In this document: positions 63,680 through 64,000 of the stretch, in pieces
Layout of the letters: every line of letters begins with the position of its first letter
How positions within the stretch are numbered: position 1 is the stretch's first letter
Assembly (NCBI RefSeq): GCF_006345805.1
Contig: NC_043002.1
Coordinates: 20,832,001 to 20,896,000, forward strand
Source of the DNA: Octopus sinensis
Lineage: Eukaryota
Direction: 5' to 3'
DNA length: 64,000 nucleotides
Notes under the pieces: model-generated
Databases searched by the model: none
Seen by the model: only the letters and a program-made list of their open reading frames with translations
Told to the model about the DNA's origin: nothing
Program-made: the position numbers and the translations under genes

Positions 63680-63965
63680 TAGTCAATGAAATTCCAACTT
63701 AGTCTGATTTTCGTGCTTTATTATTTCCATTTTTTATTATTTTACACTATTGAAAGATAATAGTACTTTCATGCGTTACGCAATCGTCAGGTTTATGTAG
63801 TGACACGCGTGCTCCATAATTGACAACTGGATTAAGCGTCATAATTGTGGGACATTACGACATAAACCTGAATATTGTATAAAGCATGAAAGTACTAGTT
63901 TATTTCAATACTGTAAAATAGTAAAACTTGTAAATAATAAAACGTGAAAATCATTGATTAATATA
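63680..63965. mobile_element. Head-to-head inverted pair of pLTR-like segments with HHR-like motifs (63755-63796 minus; 63862-63903 plus)
   Basis: Minus: ATAAAC-CTGACGA-t-TGCG-taa-CGCA-t-GAAAG-TA-CTA. Plus: ATAAAC-CTGAATA-t-TGTA-taa-AGCA-t-GAAAG-TA-CTA-GTTTAT. Downstream flanks are homologous. Confidence 0.65.
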
Positions 63966-64000
63966 TTCTTCTATTCACAATCATACAAATTCCGATGGCT

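Overview
Repeat-saturated, AT-rich animal genomic DNA, most likely an octopus/cephalopod intron or intergenic region. That assignment is inferred from the tRNA-derived SINE families and the extreme microsatellite load, not from a database search. No complete protein-coding gene is present, and nearly all long ORFs in the supplied track are microsatellite artefacts. The window holds about 35 SINE copies from three families and decayed fragments of several retroelement clades (Penelope-like, L1/Tx1, R4/Dong-like, CRE-like, RTE-like). It also holds mariner and hAT transposase relics, MITEs/foldback elements, a 2.4-kb (TATG)n tract, a 100-N assembly gap and one isolated exon-like segment (49785-49852, minus). 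The most striking signal is more than ten hammerhead-ribozyme (HHR)-like motifs. One has a fully canonical type I core (14252-14326, minus) and sits in the middle of a 398-nt terminally redundant unit, the layout expected of a retrozyme or Penelope pLTR copied from a circular or multimeric RNA. Several others occur as inverted pairs. All pairings and alignments were read by eye; boundaries of degenerate elements are approximate.
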